From a virus (taxonomy: Duplodnaviria > Caudoviricetes), in IMG/VR virus record IMGVR_UViG_3300040985_001430, positions 1 through 28,821 of that record: a stretch of DNA of 28,821 nt, one strand, 5' to 3'. Shown here one piece after another: positions 1 through 12,831 of this stretch (positions are counted from its first letter, which is position 1; each line of letters opens with the position of its first letter). Both the position numbers and the translations under genes were made by a program. The notes beneath the pieces are model-generated. The model had not been told where the DNA came from and made no database searches. It was given only the letters and a program-made list of their open reading frames with translations.

Positions 1-836
1 TTTTTATATTGAGAAGCTATCTTAATGTTATTTATTGTATCCTCTCTAGTAATAGCTTTGTACTCCTTCTCTATTTTAGGAAAGACAATGAAACATCTTC
101 TAGAAAATCCCCTGTCAAAAAACGACATAAGTTTCTCATTAGCTAGCTCGTCTTTCATCAATCATTTTAAAGATGAGTGTACAAGCATTGTTTGAGGCAC
201 TCATTTAACACCATAAGCAATCTTAGCTCATTGAGTTATCTTTGCATTATTATCTCATATATCATATATCTCTTTAATAGTCTGTAGAAAGGTTGCTCTT
301 ACATCATTACTTCTTGCTGAGATATAGTCTATAAACTCAGAAGATGAGAAATGAAAAGATCAAACTTTAGCTCTTTGATACTCAACACGCATCGCATACA
401 GTCATTCCATAGTAGCCTCTGAAGTCTGATCAATAAGGTATCTTGGCTTATTTTCGCTTAACCATTTGCCCTGCTGGCCTTTAGTAGTTCAATGTTCTAA
501 TGATTCAAGTTCTAACTCTTTAGTTCTATCCTCTATATATTTAGTCTTTCTATCTTCAAGTATTTGATATGTATCTTTTAAAGCATCTTTTAAGTTCTTT
601 AAAGGCTTATCTTTTCATGCTGAAGAGGGCATAAAAGTTATGCCATATATATTAAGAGGACATCCAACAACATCTATATCTGAATCACTGATTTTAACCC
701 TATTAAAACATACCAATTTACTACATTCTATATTCAAAGTCAATAGTAATGACTCAACTGGAACTCTTGGATTTAACGGAATTAAATAATTATACAAGAT
801 TTCTTTTGCGTAGTTTGGTATGTTTTTTAGATTCAT
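1..836 (-). CDS. Putative replication NTPase/helicase (DUF3987/YfjI-like), 3'-truncated by the window edge
   Basis: Open from ATG 836 to the window start when TGA=Gly. Contains PLNIYGITFMPSSA-G(TGA)-KD, a degenerate Walker A, then TSEATMEGL, FSSSEF and DRGFSRRCFIV, which resemble DUF3987-type motifs. Family call is from recalled motifs. Confidence 0.6.
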
Positions 837-849
837 ATTTGTTTTATTA

Positions 850-962
850 TTTTAATAAGCTGACTACAATTTGTAAAGACCCTAAGAATAAAAAATATAC
901 TTATTGTGCATTGTAATCAGCTTATTAAAAAAAAAGTATATTCATAGTTTGGGCTTTACAAA
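850..962 (-). promoter_or_regulatory. Structured 5' leader of the NTPase gene (three interleaved inverted repeats)
   Basis: 850-870 pairs with 910-930 (20/21), 870-882 with 951-962 (one bulge), and 894-902 with 934-942 (9/9). Confidence 0.55.
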
Positions 963-965
963 GCC

Positions 966-994
966 ACATTAGCACATCAGATTGTTTTTAGCAA
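966..994 (-). promoter_or_regulatory. Putative leftward sigma70-type promoter
   Basis: Minus strand reads TTGCTA-17 nt-TAATGT with TG at the extended -10 position. Predicted start near 960. Confidence 0.4.
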
Positions 995-1040
995 ACATAT
1001 AATATTGATAACTATCAAAAAAGTGGTGTTTTTATTATTA

Positions 1041-1294
<254 letters not shown>

Positions 1295-1384
1295 ATTAAA
1301 ACATTGTAGTTATGTGTCTCTGTTCACATTCACTGAAGTTGCTTAGCGTTTTTTAATTACCACACATCTGTGATAGTTAAAATA

Positions 1385-1413
1385 TTGATTACTATATAAA
1401 AACATGATATAAT
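1385..1413 (+). promoter_or_regulatory. Rightward sigma70-type promoter with extended -10
   Basis: TTGATT (1385-1390)-17 nt-TATAAT (1408-1413) in a TGnTATAAT context. Confidence 0.7.
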
Positions 1414-1419
1414 TAGCAC

Positions 1420-1590
1420 ATGATAGAAGAAGCAAGTGATCAAATGAAGATAGTACAAATTTCAGCAGTGTCTGATAAAGCATTTTATATGTTAACTGCT
1501 GCATGACATGTGTATTATTGATACAGAGACCCTGATGAGAGACATGAATGAGAATATAAATATAAATGTATATGTACTGAAATGCACTAA
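1420..1590 (+). CDS. Hypothetical protein, 56 aa, probably leaderless
   Basis: MIEEASDQMKIVQISAVSDKAFYMLTAAGHVYYGY... under code 25. ATG is 6 nt after the -10 box. Confidence 0.55.
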
Positions 1591-1678
1591 GATACAACAA
1601 ATTTAGGATACATTCCACTCTATTCCTTTACATTTGCAGCGATATAGATATAATTGAAGAAAATTTAAGCGAGATTTT

Positions 1679-3455
<1,777 letters not shown>

Positions 3456-3587
3456 ATGGAATATATAATATACTTATGAGCGATGTGAGCCTTCTGAAAC
3501 CTGTTTATCCAGTGATACTGGCTACATATACATTTAAAAGATAGAAAATTATCTAACAAACAGCGATGATGAAAGAATCAAAAATAG
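3456..3587 (+). CDS. Small membrane-anchored hypothetical protein, 43 aa
   Basis: MEYIIYLGAMGAFGNLFIQGYWLHIHL followed by a basic tail. Abuts the terL stop. Confidence 0.5.
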
Positions 3588-3724
3588 AGTTAAGAGGCGA
3601 GTGTACGACAACAGATAAAGACTTAGCAACTAAGCTTATGTTTGAGCTGCAAAGTAAATTTGATGAGTGATATTTTGACATGTCAGAAGACTGAACAACT
3701 TTTAAATTTAACTTTAAATCATAA
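3566..3724 (+). CDS. Hypothetical protein, 52 aa
   Basis: MMKESKIELRGECTTTDKDLATKLMFELQSKF... under code 25. TAATG coupling to the next gene. Confidence 0.55.
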
Positions 3725-3933
3725 TGCATAAATGCTTCACAGCGATACTAACAACGTCAAAAGAAGAATTCTTTTACATGTTCAATAGGAAGCAGAAGCC
3801 AAAGTATATACATGATATCAAGATAAAGGATAACGAGATTACAATAATTTATGAACAACTTAAAATTATACAGAATAACACTATAAACCATGAAAGGAAG
3901 GATACAAATAATCTATGAAGCATTTTATGATAA
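3724..3933 (+). CDS. Hypothetical protein, 69 aa
   Basis: Track ORF 3724..3918 extended through TGA codons to TAA 3933. Confidence 0.5.
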
Positions 3934-4084
3934 AGAAGAGGAAGAATGGATACATATCTACCCATACAAACTTATTGAAGAAGATAATTGAGACACAGTG
4001 AAAACAATCTTACCCGTAGATTTAGAAGATAAAAACTATGACATGATTAACACAATAATTAACAACCTATGAAAGAAGAGATAA
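3890..4084 (+). CDS. Hypothetical acidic protein, 64 aa
   Basis: MKGRIQIIYEAFYDKEEEEWIHIYPYKL... Tiles between its neighbours. Confidence 0.55.
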
Positions 4085-4215
4085 AAACACCACCACAATG
4101 TACATGATGCTGACAAGTAATCTGGCAATGAATAAATGAAACAATGATAGGAACATGAATTTTATGTTCTGACTGTAAAGCTTTATTAAATACACAATTA
4201 TGAAACAAACAATAA
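4069..4215 (+). CDS. Small zinc-finger-like protein, 48 aa
   Basis: CTGCG...LCSDC (two CxxC pairs). Confidence 0.55.
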
Positions 4216-4427
4216 GACAGTTGATGCACCGTGAATCAGAGCAGTTATTTAATGTAGATATCTACAATGATATGGAGTTAATAGGCTTCCTAAAGGATAT
4301 GGACCCTGAGAATCAAGAGTGGACAGATGGAATAGATAGTATGGCTCATATTCAGAAGATGGAATTACTTGATCATTGCTGATTTGAATCTTTGGAGTTA
4401 GAAGTAACAAAAGATGAAAATAAATAA
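4200..4427 (+). CDS. Hypothetical protein, 75 aa
   Basis: Track ORF 4200..4382 extended through TGA to TAA 4427. Confidence 0.6.
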
Positions 4428-4430
4428 ACT

Positions 4431-4459
4431 TTGCATCATTATCCACCTTGTGATATAAT
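4431..4459 (+). promoter_or_regulatory. Sigma70-type promoter with extended -10 upstream of the head genes
   Basis: TTGCAT (4431-4436)-17 nt-TATAAT (4454-4459), TGnTATAAT context, intergenic. Confidence 0.7.
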
Positions 4460-4488
4460 ACATTTAACAGATTTTAACCAAATCAAAT

Positions 4489-4689
4489 ATGCCAATTAAG
4501 AAGAAAGTAACTACTAAAGCAAAAGCACCAGTAGTTAAGGCTGTTACTCCTAAACCTGCTCCAGCCCAAAAGAAAAATAAGATAGAGCCAATACTAGCTT
4601 CAAGCTGAATCAACTGACTTGATTATTGAGGACCTGAAGTATTATTCAATAAGGTTCAAGAGATTATTTCAGTTATTAACGAACAATAA
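4489..4689 (+). CDS. Small protein with a Lys/Ala/Pro-rich N-terminus, 66 aa
   Basis: MPIKKKVTTKAKAPVVKAVTPKPAPAQKKNK...LFNKVQEIISVINEQ. Confidence 0.7.
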
Positions 4690-4690
4690 A

Positions 4691-6475
4691 ATGCCATTAG
4701 ATAACGATCTACTATTAACGGAGATTAACACTAACCCTGTATCAGATAATGATAAGGCTGTAGTTAGAACTGCGATAAAGATAGTTGAAGACTCTAAGTT
4801 AGTTATGAATGACTACCTTAATGATCTAGACAACATCTGATGAATGATGAAAGATACATTCAGGACTACGACGCCAGATTGAAATAACCAACTTCCAGCT
4901 TACCTTTTATTTCAGGTTGTATTCAACTTAGTAACTCAAATGAAACCTCTTGATATTCAATTAACTACTCAGAACGTATCAGAAGAAAGAAAGAGATTAG
5001 TTAGTCAATGACTTTGATTCATAGCTGAAAAGGCTTGATATGATGACTTGTTCAATGAGAATTATAATTGATTCTGGCAACAACTGTCTCAATGAGACTT
5101 CTTTGCAATGGTATGAAAGCAATCAAACTGATTACCAGAGTTTAAGCCATGTGATATAACAGGAGTTTATTTTGATGCCAACGCTACTAATCTAAGAGGT
5201 TTTTGATCTAATAAGCTAACTAGGGCAACAATAGTATTTAAGATGTGATATGATCAAGCTATAGCACAAATGCCATGGATAGCAGAGAAGGCAACTATAT
5301 GATCACTTCCATCAACTCAAGAGTTTGATCATTACCAAGACTTGAATGATATGGACTGGGAGCAAGATTGATTAGCTAAAGATAGAGAAATAGAAATATG
5401 ATACTACTTTGATATATCAGATAAGCCAAGATTCACAGTCTTCGCTTGAAGAACTGCAGCAATATGAATAGATTTGAAATGAGATGATTATCCTCACTAC
5501 CTTTGAGAAGGGGATGATAGAGAGAATTATATTCCACTTTTACAATGGCTTTGTTTTCCTACAAAAGAATGACTGCTTAATGCGGGTTTCTGACACATCA
5601 TCTATCCAATTGCTATGAAGTGGCAAGAGCTGACTAATAAGGCAATAAATCATGTACAAGATAACATGGATCCAATGAGGATTGTTAATGTGCCTAAGCA
5701 ACAGGCTCCAAGGTTCTTATCAAGAGTTAAGGATGCTAACAAAATGAGAAAGAAAGGTCAAAGGCCTTATATCATAAATGATTTCTGACAATGAGAGCAA
5801 TGAGCTTGAGTATGACAAATAGAAACTCTACAAGCTTGATCAATGACAGCTGATTATGAAAGACTACTTGAACAGTTTAGGCAAATGCTAACTGCTTTCT
5901 GAATAAATCTAAGTACAGTAAACATTGATCCTAATCAACCACTTTGATCAGTACAGATTGAGGAGGAAAATAAAACTGAGATTATAAGACAAATCCAAGA
6001 AGGTAATACTTCAACTTATAGATTTGCTGTAGAAATCCTAATGGACTCAATAAAGAAATTAGATGAGGATGCAGATGCTGAAACATTAGATATGGTATTG
6101 CCAGTTAATCTAGTATCAGCAGAAGATCAAGAACTATTTGAAGCAGCTGGACAAGAAGTTCCAGACTTTGAATACACTATAAGAGATTTAAAAGAAGATT
6201 TAGAATCAGCTACATGGGCTGTTCAGGTTTCATCAAGAACATGAGCTTATCCATCATTTACATTAGAAAAAGCTAGACTTAGAGGTGCAGTTCAAGATAT
6301 GATATCAATATGAGAAGTTGACTCAGCAAAGAAGCTTTTAGTTAAGCAGCATAAATTATCTTGAATAGACTTATGAATATCAACATTACCTAATCAACAA
6401 CAACAATGATCAGCGAGCCAAGTACAAGAAGCAGCGCCAGAAGCAACGGCATGAGCATTAGAAGCTTTAGCTTAG
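4691..6475 (+). CDS. Portal protein (probable), 594 aa
   Basis: Uninterrupted 1785-nt ORF under code 25. Size, position between terminase and scaffold/capsid, and a Gln/Ala-rich C-terminal tail fit podovirus portals. Confidence 0.8.
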
Positions 6476-6756
6476 TAGATACAATAATAAAGCTAGTAAA
6501 AGGGGAAAGATCAGATCATAGATATGAAGAGATATTCTCAGAGAAGAAGATAGAACAGTTATATCACTTTTGGGATCACTTATGAGAAGATATAGAAGTA
6601 ATAGAGAAGATAGGAATAATAGAATTCTATGAAAAGTATGAACACTTTAAGAATGAGGATCCAGAGATAATATTTAAAGCATGACAGCAAAGTATACTAT
6701 GACCACTCTATAGTATACATAGTAACATCCACTTAAGTAAAGAAGCTAGTAAATAA
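6451..6756 (+). CDS. Hypothetical protein, 101 aa
   Basis: ORF overlapping the portal stop: ...RYEEIFSEKKIEQLYHFWDHLGEDIEVIEKIG... Start uncertain. Confidence 0.6.
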
Positions 6757-6769
6757 TAACCAATATAAT

Positions 6770-7081
6770 ATGCCAAAAATATTTAATGAACTACCAAAGA
6801 GCCAGCAAAAGAAAATAATGGAGTGAAAGACAAAATTGACTAATCTTGTATTTACAGAAGCAGAAAGAAAAAAATTACATAAGCTTGCTCAAGAACGTAG
6901 ACATTGATGACCAGCTACAAAAACTAATAGCGCTAAGCAGATTAGGTCAGAAAAAGAAAAGTCTGTTATAAAGCAAGCACAATGAAGAAAAGAAGAAAAC
7001 TTTGCAGCATGACCAGCAAGAGCGCCTAAAAAATCACTTGTAGATAAGATACTTCAAAAAGTATCAAGAAGGAAAAAATAA
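6770..7081 (+). CDS. Highly basic hypothetical protein, 103 aa
   Basis: MPKIFNELPKSQQKKIMEGK...KVSRRKK, Lys/Arg-rich. Confidence 0.7.
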
Positions 7082-7108
7082 TAATAGACTAAAGAACATT
7101 TAAACCAC

Positions 7109-7192
7109 CGCCAGCGATTCCATGCTTGCTTTCAGCGAGTAATGCTATCGCTGGCGTTACTCACTGTAAATAGGTATGGAATCCATATCTAT
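7109..7192 (+). promoter_or_regulatory. Two stem-loops upstream of the scaffold gene
   Basis: CGCCAGCGAT (7109-7118) pairs with ATCGCTGGCG (7147-7156) around an inner GCTTGCT/AGCGAGT stem. A second hairpin TAGGTATGG/CCATATCTA lies at about 7171-7191. Confidence 0.6.
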
Positions 7193-7217
7193 ATTTTTAT
7201 TTATAACCTTAAGACTA

Positions 7218-7988
7218 ATGAACACCACAGCAGAAAATGAGGTACTCAATGAGGCTATGTCAGAACTTGAATGACAAGCACAATGAGAGCCCACTCTTGC
7301 AGATGATGAGACATCAAGTCAGTCAAACACCCCGCCACAAGAGGGATGAGCTGATCAAGGAGAACCAGAAGAGACCACTTCTGAGGCTACCGAAATTGAT
7401 GATTCTTTATTTGAAGAAACAACCGAAGTAGCAGAGCAAACCCCTCAAGTAACTGAAGAAGCAAAAGCTTTGGACAGAGAACGAGTAAAGCAGGCAACCA
7501 TTGATAACTCAATCAAGAAAGTAGTTTCTGACGACTGAGCAATCGATGAGGAGAAATTTGCAACGCTACCTGAATGGGTACAAAAGGAAATCAATTTACA
7601 ATTCTCAGAGCCAGAGGTAAAGCCTCAAACTGATGTGAAAGCAGAAGTAAGAGCTAGCCTAGAGGCAGAAAGAGAAGAAGTAAGATTTCAAGAACTAAAG
7701 CAGAACGTTTGAAAGCTGACACCAGCTCAACAACAAGCTTTAGGAGAAGAGTTTAAAGACAACAGATCACACAACATGACTAAAGCTAAATCTTTAGAAA
7801 AAGCCATGAGAACGATCTGACTATGAACTCAACAATCTATTCAAAAAGCTAAGGAAATTTGATTCCAAAGATGACAAGCAGCATTCCCAGTGAATGCACA
7901 GTCACCTCAAAGGGAAATTCCTCTCGAGAACAAAGACGTACAGGACATGAACGAAGATGAAGTTATTAAAATGGTGAAAGGCTGGTAA
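7218..7988 (+). CDS. Capsid scaffolding protein (probable), 256 aa
   Basis: Very acidic, low-complexity N-terminus and helical C-terminal half, immediately upstream of the major capsid gene. Confidence 0.75.
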
Positions 7989-8017
7989 TATTTACCAAAC
8001 AATAACCAAACAACACT

Positions 8018-9217
8018 ATGGCAAACGGAATAACCGCGTTTAACCCAGAAGTATGGAGTAAAATCACACAAGCATACTTAAAAAAATCTCTTGTATCAGG
8101 ACAAGTAGCTAACATGAAAGAGGAATCTTGAGTGCTAAAAGCTTGAGACAAGGTTCACAGACCTTACAAATCAGACTTCACAGTTTCTGATTACACAAAC
8201 AACACAGCAATCACAGCTACAGACATTACATCTACAGATGAGTCTCTAACTATTGATCAATCTAAGGCTATAAGAATCCTTATCGATCCAGTAGAAAACA
8301 AGCAATCTAACTATGACGTATTCAAAGAATATGCTCCTAGAATGGCTTACAGACTTAGAGATAACATTGACCAAGCTGTATTTACAAACATCACATCTGC
8401 ATGAGTATCAGTTGACGAAGGAGACTTCGGTTGAACTGCATGAGGACCTATCGATCTTTGAACATACAAGCCTAAATCAGTATTCTGAAGAGCTTTATGA
8501 GAACTACTTGATAACCAAGTAGAAACTGATAAGCCTATATGTCTAGTTGTAGATCCAATCATGTTAAATGATATCCAACAAGATTTCATTACTGATTGAT
8601 TCCAAACAGCTGATGCTACATTAAAGAACGGTTTCGTATGAAACAAGTTCCTTAACATGAATACTTATGTATCTCATAACCTACCATCTTCTGTTTCTCT
8701 AGCTATCGCTACAACTCCAACTGAATGAGACACTGTAGTAATCAAGTGAGTTACTTTTACTTTCAACGCTACTCCATCTGGAGCTGGTTCAGTTGATATC
8801 TGAGTAAGTGCTGCTACATCAGTAGACAACTTAGTTGCTGCTATTAACGGTGCTGCTTGAGCTTGATCTACATATATCGCTCTTTCAACTGCTGACAGAC
8901 AAAAGTTTACTAACAACTCTGTTGTTGCAGTAGACGCTACAACTTCAATCAGCCTAACAGCTGTATGAAGAATCAACGGTGCTGAAACATTCACTGACTG
9001 AACAGATGCTTTCTGAGAAGAAACAATCAATGCTGGTATCATGCAACAATGAGCTATTGATTTAGTTACTCAAATGAAACCTAACGTACAAGTTAATAAG
9101 GAAAATGACAATCTTGCATCTTCTGTTATAGCTCACACTCTATACTGAGTTAAGCTATTTAACGAAGGAGCTCAAAGACTTTGTAAAATACCTGTACGGG
9201 CTAATGCCGCTACGTAG
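8018..9217 (+). CDS. Major capsid protein (P22 coat-like HK97 fold), 399 aa
   Basis: MANGITAFNPEVWSK...AGDKVHRP...ESLTIDQSK...RLRDNIDQAVF...LVVDP...YVSHNLP...HTLYGVKLF, a motif series typical of this capsid family. Confidence 0.9.
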
Positions 9218-9268
9218 AGCCATTTAATGGACTTTAATTAGTACAGTATGAAACTTGTTTTCATATAC

Positions 9269-9291
9269 GGGGGCTAAATCAATTAGCCCCC
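9269..9291 (+). terminator. GC-rich hairpin after the capsid gene (terminator or mRNA-stabilising stem)
   Basis: GGGGGCTAA-ATCAA-TTAGCCCCC, a perfect 9-bp stem. The downstream U-tract is weak. Confidence 0.6.
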
Positions 9292-9430
9292 TGATTATGT
9301 AAATAAACATAGCAAAAACTTTAAAAATCAGTATAATACAAACAGTAGGTCGCCTAATTAGCGTAATTGAATGGAGAGGTTAGTTCTCTCCGTTCTCCCA
9401 TCGAATTATCTATAAACTAACTATAAATAT

Positions 9431-10084
9431 ATGGAAAAAGTATGTACAAAGTGTGAAAAACAGAAGTCGATAAGCAGTTATCACAATGATAAAAGATGAA
9501 AATATTGAAAAGTTGCCAAATGCAAACAGTGCTGTACGGAATACAATAGGTTAAATGCTGAGCATATCTCTAAAAAAAGAAAAGAGCATTATAAAGAAAA
9601 TAAAGAAAGGATATTAAAACGTACCAATTTATGGGCTGTAAAAAATCCAGAAAAGATTAAGCAAATAAAACATAATCATTATCTAAGAAATAAAGATGAG
9701 TTTCGTACAAAAAGTAGTCAGTGGAAAAAAGATAATCCAGAAAAAGTAAGAGAGCAGAGTAGATTATATAGAGATAACAATAGAGATAAAGAAAGAGCAA
9801 AATGCAGGAGATACGCGAAAAACAATCACGACAAAATAATTGCGAAGAATAGAAAAAGAGAATTATCTAAAATACAAAGAGTGCCTAAATGGGCAATAAA
9901 TGAAATTATGAAAGTGTATTACTTTGTATCACAATGAATGAGCAGGGTAATGAATAAAAAATATGTTGTAGACCATATTGTGCCGATAAGATGAGAATTA
10001 GTGAGCTGATTACATGTACAGTCAAATTTACAAGTAATTACAGAAAAAGAAAATCTACTTAAATCGAATAACTTTACAAATTAA
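9431..10084 (+). CDS. HNH endonuclease, free-standing, 217 aa
   Basis: N-terminal CTKC...CKQC, repeated basic helices (KNPEK) and C-terminal [34 protein letters not shown]. Confidence 0.92.
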
Positions 10085-10094
10085 CCAAATATTT

Positions 10095-10436
10095 ATGAAG
10101 AGCTATAAACTCCCTAATGCCGCAGCATCAGTGCTAACTATAAGCACAACAGCAGTGACATTGAAACAGGCAATTGAGGCCGCATCTTGAGAGGATTTTG
10201 ATTACAATACATTTGCATATACTCCAACTTGAGTAGATCTAACAATTGAAGCTGAATCAGTAAGATGGCTTGATGATGGGAACACTCCAACAGCAGCTAA
10301 CTGACAACTAGCAGCAGCAGATTGAATCCAAGTAGTTCAATTAAGAGACATTGATATTACTAATTTAATGTTAATTAGGGCTTGAGCGTCTGACGCAACG
10401 GTTTTAGTAAGAATAGGTAACCCTGACAGATACTAA
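10095..10436 (+). CDS. Small virion structural protein (possible head decoration), 113 aa
   Basis: Beta-rich, VRWLDDGNTPTAANG motif, located in the head cluster. Confidence 0.6.
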
Positions 10437-12176
10437 ATGAGCTGAGATAAAGTCGCTATCGGCTGAGTAGTTATAAAGACCTCTTCATGACCTATTGATA
10501 CAGACAATCCTTTGTTTGTACATATGTCATGACATGAATCAACTTGAAACTCTACTACTACACCTCTTGCATGATGAGCAACATTTACATGAGTATGAGA
10601 AAACATTATTGATGAATGAGTTATACTTGTAGCGGTATTTTCTGATGTAGCAAGTGCAACCGACTGACTAAGCGTAGAGTTTTCAACAGACTGAACCAAC
10701 TGGGATCATACTGATAACTTTACTATAGCCGCTAATACTTGAAAAACCTTTAGTTTCCAGCCAGCAGCTATGTTTTATAGAGTTCTTTATACTAATTGAG
10801 CAGCAGCTCAATCAGTATTCAGACTACAGACACTTCTAAAGACTTCGTATATTAAGCCTTCATCTCATAGAATATCAGATGCTATTAGCTGAGAAGATGA
10901 CGCAGAGCTTACAAAAGTAGTGTTAACATGACTTTCTCCTAATGGATTATTTGTAAATGTTAAAACTAGTGTGGCATGAGAGCTTGCTACTAAACTAAGC
11001 TCACCTCTAACAGCCTTTTGAGATATAAGAGTTGCAGAGATGAAACCACAATTCCAAGGGTCATTTGAATATACAGTTGATAATACAGACCTTAACGAGA
11101 ATACAGTAACTTGATGATGAACAGTTACGCAAGGAAGTGCAATGCTTAATCTAAATACATCTACAACAACTTGAAGTTATGCAGAGTTCAGAAGCAGAAG
11201 AGCAGCTAAATATAAGCCTTGATTATGAGGTCTTATGAGGTTTACAGCTTGTTTTACAGCATGAGTAGCAGCAACATCACAACTTATTTGATTAGCAGAT
11301 GAGCTATGAAGCTCTGAAGACTTTGAAAACGGTTATATGGTTTGATATACATGAGCAGATTTCACAGTTGCTAAGTTTAGAAATGATACAGTATCTACAG
11401 TTACACAAATGAACTTTGACGATCCTCTAGACTGAACAGGTAGAAGCTGACTTAGTATAGACTTTGAAAAGTTAAATGTATTTCAAATACAATTCCAATA
11501 CCTGTGAGCATGAGCAATTAAGTTTTTTGTAGAAAGTCCAGATACATGAGACTTTACTTTATTCCATACAATCAAGTATGCAGGTACAGAAACACAGCCT
11601 AGTGTACACAACCCTAACTTCCACTTCTGTTGATATGCAGATAATAAAGCTACAACAGCTAACTTAACTCTTAAAAGTGCATCATACGGTTACTTTGTAG
11701 AATGACCTACTCAGTATATAGAGAATCACCAACCTCAGAACTGAACAGGTCAAATTACTAAAACATGAGTAACAACTTCAGAGCCAATCTTAACAATAAG
11801 AAATAAAACAACATACGCATCAAAGCAAAACTTTATAGAAATACTAGCAGAACTTATATCAGGGTCTATTGAAGCAAGCTCACCTAATAACCTATGAGAC
11901 TTAGCAATAATTGTAAACTGAACGCTATGAGGCACTCCATCTTGGAGCGATATAAACACTAACAATTCAGTAGTAGAAATAGATACCTCAGCTACATCTA
12001 TATCATGATGAAAAGCACTCTTAGATTTACCCTTAGCATGAAAAAATGATAGAGCTTTTGTCGACTTAAACCCTTTTAAAATAATATTAGAAGAATGAGA
12101 GACTATCTCAGTAGTATGAAGTAGTGCAGCAAGTGCAACAATAAATGCTTCACTAACATGGAAGGAGCTTTTCTAA
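10437..12176 (+). CDS. Beta-rich virion appendage protein (head fibre/spike-like), 579 aa
   Basis: 1740-nt ORF under code 25, Ser/Thr/Gly-rich: NSTTTPLAGGATFTG, EFSTDGTNWD, FQIQFQYLGAGAIKF, ending LTWKELF. Confidence 0.7.
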
Positions 12177-12195
12177 AATAACATAATAATTAAAT

Positions 12196-12831
12196 ATGGC
12201 AACTATAACAATAGCACAGGCTAGAACAACATTTGATAATCAAATGAATGATACTGATCCAGAGGTAACAGATGCAATATTCATACAAGTTGCAAACTTC
12301 ATTGATAGAAGGCTTTACAGAGTAGTATTTAGATTAGACCCTGAAAGATACATGTGAGAAACTACAGTATCTCAAGTATCATGAACAGCTTCTTACGCCT
12401 TAGATGCTTCATTTCTTACAATTGATGCTGATAATGCTTGATTATATGACACTGACAGCGCTTGAGCTTTAAATATAGATGCTCCATTAACTAGGAGACC
12501 TAAATGAAGCCAGACAAGAGGTTACAATATAGATAGACAGAATGATGAGGTGATGTTAGTACCAACTCCTACAACTACTGCATCACTTATACTAAGATAT
12601 ATCCCTGCCTTAACTAAATATACAGCTACAAGTGATGTAATGTTACTATCTGATGAGTATGAAGAAGATTTAAATGCAGCTTTTGCATCATGGTACGGAT
12701 GATGGAAGCTTGATAAAAACAATGCTTTCTATGATGAAAACTTCTTATCAGCATTAGAAGAGCTTATTGATAACTTTAGATCAGAAGCTTACACATTAAA
12801 TATAGACGACGTATCATCTTACTACAGATAA
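12196..12831 (+). CDS. Head-tail adaptor protein (probable), 211 aa
   Basis: Helical N-terminus, VSGTASYAL, LVPTPTT..LILRY, helical C-terminus. Precedes the nozzle-like gene. Confidence 0.7.

Noticed and set aside
7105-7192. tRNA gene, such as a UCA-anticodon suppressor
   Set aside because: It folds as long hairpins with no cloverleaf or T-loop GTTC motif. tRNAscan-SE or ARAGORN would confirm.
9218-10094. Group I intron carrying the HNH gene
   Set aside because: The capsid gene ends with a complete C-terminus and stop, the next gene starts cleanly 10 nt after the HNH, and I could not identify intron core elements. An Infernal search would be decisive.
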